Source: an uncultured Actinomycetes bacterium (GTDB lineage Bacteria > Actinomycetota > Thermoleophilia > Gaiellales > JAICJC01). From it: DNA of 64,000 nt. This document shows, in pieces, positions 60,940 to 64,000 of the stretch (position 1 is the stretch's first letter; every line of letters starts with the position of its first letter). The notes beneath the pieces were generated by a model. The model saw only the letters and a list, made by a program, of their open reading frames with translations, was not told the origin of the DNA and did no database searches. A program made the position numbers and the translations under genes. The stretch spans positions 871,704 through 935,703 of the forward strand of contig CAVRGW010000005.1 of assembly GCA_963720885.1 (NCBI GenBank), in the 5' to 3' direction.

Positions 60940-60967
60940 CCCCGCTCTGACCCCGCTCTGACCCTGG
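60932..60967. repeat. class II repeat array, left flank of RAYT-2 (3 units of TCTGACCCCGC)
   Basis: GGG-TCTGACCCCGC-TCTGACCCCGC-TCTGACCCtgg. Positions 60932-60956 are the exact reverse complement of 61665-61689. Confidence 0.85.
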
Positions 60968-61041
60968 CCGTCACGATGTCGCGACGAATTCGCGACTTAA
61001 CGCTCGGTGAATCGCCACTCGAGGCGGCGTACCTTCGTCGA

Positions 61042-61653
61042 ATGTCACGCGATCCGAGAATCCAAGCCGCGGAGGCGTTCTTTCATGTCTCCACCCATTC
61101 CACCGACGACCAGCTGCTCTACCCGGAGGACGAGGACTGCCTCGAGTTCTGCGACGTCTTCGCCAAGGTGGTCAAGCGGTTCGAGTGGCGGTGCCACGCC
61201 TACGTCCTGATGGGCACGCACAACCACCTGCTGCTCGAGACCGAACACGCCAATCTGAGCCGAGGCATGCAGTACCTGAACGGTGTCTACGCGCAGCGGT
61301 TCAACCGCCGGCACCGACGGGCGGGACCCACGCAGCGAGCGCGTTACTGGTCAGCACCGGTCGAGACAGACGCGCACGTCTTCGAGGTCTCGAGGTACTT
61401 CCCGATGAACCCCGTGCGCGGTGGCATGTGCTCGCATCCGGCTGACTGGCCATGGTCGAGCTATCGAGCGATGACCGGCACCGCAGAGCCGCCGCCGTTC
61501 TTGACGACGTCCTGGCTCCTGCAGATGTTCGACGACGATCTCGACCGCGCCCGCGTGCTCTACCGACGGTTCGTGGACGAGAGTCTGGATGATCTGGAGG
61601 CGCACAGGAAGGCCATGCGTGCGTTCGCGAAGTCGGCACACGTCGTCACGTAG
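61042..61653 (+). CDS. divergent IS200-like Y1 transposase / RAYT-like protein (paralogue of 7961..8686)
   Basis: ORF 60976..61653. The start is preferred at ATG 61042 (MSRDPRIQAAEAFFHV, which aligns to MPRQPRIQFEDAAYHV). YVLMGTHNHLLLET aligns with CLMDNHLHALIRT; SRYFPMNPV aligns with LRYIPLNPV. Visibly lower GC than the flanks. Confidence 0.7.
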   Translation: MSRDPRIQAAEAFFHVSTHSTDDQLLYPEDEDCLEFCDVFAKVVKRFEWRCHAYVLMGTHNHLLLETEHANLSRGMQYLNGVYAQRFNRRHRRAGPTQRARYWSAPVETDAHVFEVSRYFPMNPVRGGMCSHPADWPWSSYRAMTGTAEPPPFLTTSWLLQMFDDDLDRARVLYRRFVDESLDDLEAHRKAMRAFAKSAHVVT

Positions 61654-61664
61654 TTTTGACTCAA

Positions 61665-61694
61665 GCGGGGTCAGAGCGGGGTCAGACCCGGGTC
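61665..61694. repeat. class II repeat array, right flank of RAYT-2 (2 units of GCGGGGTCAGA)
   Basis: GCGGGGTCAGA-GCGGGGTCAGA-CCCgggtc, in inverted orientation relative to 60932-60956. Confidence 0.85.
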
Positions 61695-61709
61695 GGGCGC
61701 GCGCTGCGT

Positions 61710-62180
61710 CTAGCCGTCGCCACCGTCGACGACGACCCGCTCCATGCGGACATCGTCGATCGGCTTGTCCCGGGCGTCCGTCGGCTGCGCCTCGATCGCA
61801 TCGATCACGTCCATGCCGTCGAGCACACGGCCGAACGCGGTGTGCTTGCCGTCCAGCCAGGGCGTCGCCTCGGCGGTGACGATGAAGAACTGGCTGCCGT
61901 TCGTGTTCGGGCCGGCGTTCGCCATCGCCAGCGTGCCGCGGACGATCGGGTGCTCGTTGAACTCGTCGTCGAACGTGTAGCCCGGGCCGCCGGTGCCGGT
62001 GCCGTTCGGGCAGCCGCCCTGGATCATGAAGTTGCCGATCACCCGGTGGAACACCAGACCGTCGTAGAAGCCCTCGGACGCGAGCTTGCGGAAGCTGGCG
62101 ACCGTCTCCGGCGCCTCCTCGTCGAACAGCTCGAGCTGGATGGTGCCGTGGTTCGTCTCGATGGTGGCGCTGGAAGGCAT
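61710..62180 (-). CDS. ppiB: peptidyl-prolyl cis-trans isomerase (cyclophilin type)
   Basis: Start set to ATG 62180: [19 protein letters not shown]...GFYDGL.FHRVI.NFMIQGG.P.G.G.GGPGY.F.DE. Confidence 0.9.
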   Translation of the reverse strand: MPSSATIETNHGTIQLELFDEEAPETVASFRKLASEGFYDGLVFHRVIGNFMIQGGCPNGTGTGGPGYTFDDEFNEHPIVRGTLAMANAGPNTNGSQFFIVTAEATPWLDGKHTAFGRVLDGMDVIDAIEAQPTDARDKPIDDVRMERVVVDGGDG

Positions 62181-62316
62181 CTGGGACCTCGCGGAGATGG
62201 GTGGCCGGAACGAGGTCGGAGGGTAGCCGAAGCCGCTCTCGCGGCTCAATTCGGCCGGTCGTGCGCCGACGACCAGATCAAAGGCGCCCAAGCGCCAATA
62301 GATCTGGTTGAAACGG

Positions 62317-64000
62317 ATGTCGACCAACAGGACAGCAGGCGCGCCGCCAGGACGAGCGGCGCTTGTCCGCAGCGCACTGGCCGCTGCTGCCGCTGCGTTC
62401 GCCGCCGCCGCCCTGCTCGCTACCTCACCCGCGCCGGCCGCCGCCGGCCCCGTCGGCTCGCTGACCGTCAAGCTGACGGCGCATCCGCCGGAGTTCACGA
62501 ATGACCACACCGCGACGTTCAACTGGGCGACGGTCGGCATCCTCGGTGAGACGCGCTGCAAGATCGACTCCGGCCCGTACACGTACTGCCAGGGGCGCCC
62601 GGCGCGCTACTTCCTGCCCGACGGCCGCCACACCTTCACCGTGCGCGTCCGCAACGGCTACAAGGTCGTCGCCAAGGCGAGCTGGACGTGGACGGTCGAC
62701 ACCGCGGCGCCCACCCCGCCCAACGTCACCGGTGGCTCGCTGTCCTGGCGCACCGGCACCGGCGTCACCGTGACCGGGGGCGGCGGCACCGACGCCTCGA
62801 GCGGCGTCAGCGGATACCAGCATCGGGCGTCGACCAACGGCGGCCTCTGGTCGACCCCTGCCGCCGGGCCCTCCGTGCTGGTCAAGTCCGAGGGACAGAC
62901 GCTGGTCGAGTTCCGCACCAAGGATCGCGCCGGCAACGTCTCCGCCTGGTCGCCCAGCGCCGCCACCCCCGGCAACACCGTTCGCATCGACCGCACCGCG
63001 CCCACCCTGCCGACGCTGTCCGGCGGCTCACTGACGTGGCAGGGCGTCCCCTCGATCACGATCTCCGGCTCAGGCTCGGGCGACAGCCGCTCGGGCGTCG
63101 ACGCCTACCAGTACCGCGAGTCGCACAACAACGGGGGGACCTGGTCGGCGCCGATCGCCGGGCCGAGCGACGTGGTCGCCACCGAGGGGCAGACCCTGGT
63201 GCAGTTCCGCGTGCTCGACATGGCCGGCAACGCGACCGCCTGGGTGCCCTCCAGCGCGACCCCGGCGAGCACCGCGCGGATCGACCGCTCCGGACCGACC
63301 GACCCGACGCTTGCCGGCGGCTCGCTGTCCTGGCGCAGCGTCGCCCAGACCACGGTCACCGCCGGCGGCTCGGTGGACATCGGCTTCGGGCTCGACCACT
63401 ACGAGCGGCGGACGTCCTCCGACGGCGGCTCGACCTGGTCGCCGCCGGTCAACGGGAGCTCGATCACGGTCGCCGCCGAGGGCCAGACGCTGGTCCAGTT
63501 CCGCGCCGTCGACACCGCCGGCAACGCATCCGCCTGGACGCCCGCCAGCTCGACCCCGGCGAGCACGATCCGCATCGACCGCACCGCGCCGGTGGATCCC
63601 ACGGTCGGCATCACACCGCCGGGCTGGCACAACGCCGCCGCCATCACCGTATTCGCGGGCGGCTCGACGGACGTGCTGGGCGGCGTCGACCACTACCAGT
63701 TCCGCTCGTCCGCCGACAACGGCGTCACCTGGACGACGCCGGTCAACGGCGACACGGGCGTGGTCACCGGCGAGGGCCAGACGGTCGTCCAGTTCCGCGC
63801 CGTCGACGGTGCCGGCAACCTCTCGGCGTGGGCGCCGGCCACCGCCAGCCCTTCGAACATCGTCCGCATCGACCGCACCGCGCCGACCCTGCCGACCGTG
63901 ACCGGCGGCCAGGCCGGCTGGCAGAGCGCCGCATCGGTCGCGGTCAGCGCGTCCGGCGGCAGCGACGGGCAGGCCGGGATCGACCACTACGAGAGCCGCA
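62317..64000 (+). CDS. secreted tandem-repeat (98-aa unit) surface protein; 3' end lies beyond the window
   Basis: My translation from ATG 62317 is open to the window end. It has a signal-like N-terminus [44 protein letters not shown]. After that there are at least 5 units of the form ..TAPT.P...GGS..W......T..GGS.D..SG...Y.YR.S...G.TWS.P..G.....[19 protein letters not shown]...TP..T.RIDR. It is absent from the ORF track because there is no stop. Confidence 0.75.
   Translation, partial: MSTNRTAGAPPGRAALVRSALAAAAAAFAAAALLATSPAPAAAGPVGSLTVKLTAHPPEFTNDHTATFNWATVGILGETRCKIDSGPYTYCQGRPARYFLPDGRHTFTVRVRNGYKVVAKASWTWTVDTAAPTPPNVTGGSLSWRTGTGVTVTGGGGTDASSGVSGYQHRASTNGGLWSTPAAGPSVLVKSEGQTLVEFRTKDRAGNVSAWSPSAATPGNTVRIDRTAPTLPTLSGGSLTWQGVPSITISGSGSGDSRSGVDAYQYRESHNNGGTWSAPIAGPSDVVATEGQTLVQFRVLDMAGNATAWVPSSATPASTARIDRSGPTDPTLAGGSLSWRSVAQTTVTAGGSVDIGFGLDHYERRTSSDGGSTWSPPVNGSSITVAAEGQTLVQFRAVDTAGNASAWTPASSTPASTIRIDRTAPVDPTVGITPPGWHNAAAITVFAGGSTDVLGGVDHYQFRSSADNGVTWTTPVNGDTGVVTGEGQTVVQFRAVDGAGNLSAWAPATASPSNIVRIDRTAPTLPTVTGGQAGWQSAASVAVSASGGSDGQAGIDHYESR

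Overview
This is a very GC-rich window (about 70% by eye) that looks like chromosome from an actinobacterium. GTG starts and 4-nt GTGA/ATGA gene overlaps are common. I cannot assign a taxon from sequence alone.

About 75 genes are supported.
- Positions 1-5.5 kb hold a cell-envelope sugar operon: PGI/PMI, GDP-mannose pyrophosphorylase, UDP-glucose dehydrogenase and an LCP ligase.
- Positions 10-34.6 kb (minus strand) hold the conserved block rpmE-DUF1385-prfA-prmC-tsaC-(rhodanese/VOC)-glyA-upp-wecA-atpZ/I-atpBEFHAG...atpDC.
- Next comes an ETF / ETF-QO / crotonase / split methylmalonyl-CoA mutase / PduO adenosyltransferase cluster.
- After that are thiolase and 3-hydroxybutyryl-CoA dehydrogenase genes.
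- A complete trpEGDCFBA operon follows.
- The remainder holds mscL, an OmpR/HK pair, a leucine-catabolic cluster (MCCase beta, hydratase, MCCase alpha, HMG-CoA lyase), cyclophilin, and a secreted protein built from 98-aa tandem repeats.

Main observations worth a second look:
1. A 172-aa mini-intein splits the GGSC/FPKD active site of UDP-glucose dehydrogenase.
2. Two compositionally AT-richer IS200-like (RAYT-like) Y1 transposase genes are each bracketed by their own class of palindromic REP/REPIN-like repeats. Extra copies of both repeat classes occur elsewhere in the window.
3. The atp operon is split between atpG and atpD by about 9.3 kb of co-directional genes (peptide ABC transporter, lipoprotein, anti-sigma).
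4. Fourteen single-nucleotide indels disrupt 12 genes, many of them essential. All lie between 11.2 and 40.2 kb. They are most likely sequence errors, but this needs checking.
5. A trp attenuator is present, with a WWW leader peptide and a U-tailed terminator.

No rRNA, tRNA or CRISPR array was seen. All calls rest on reading the sequence and ORF translations. No database search was run.
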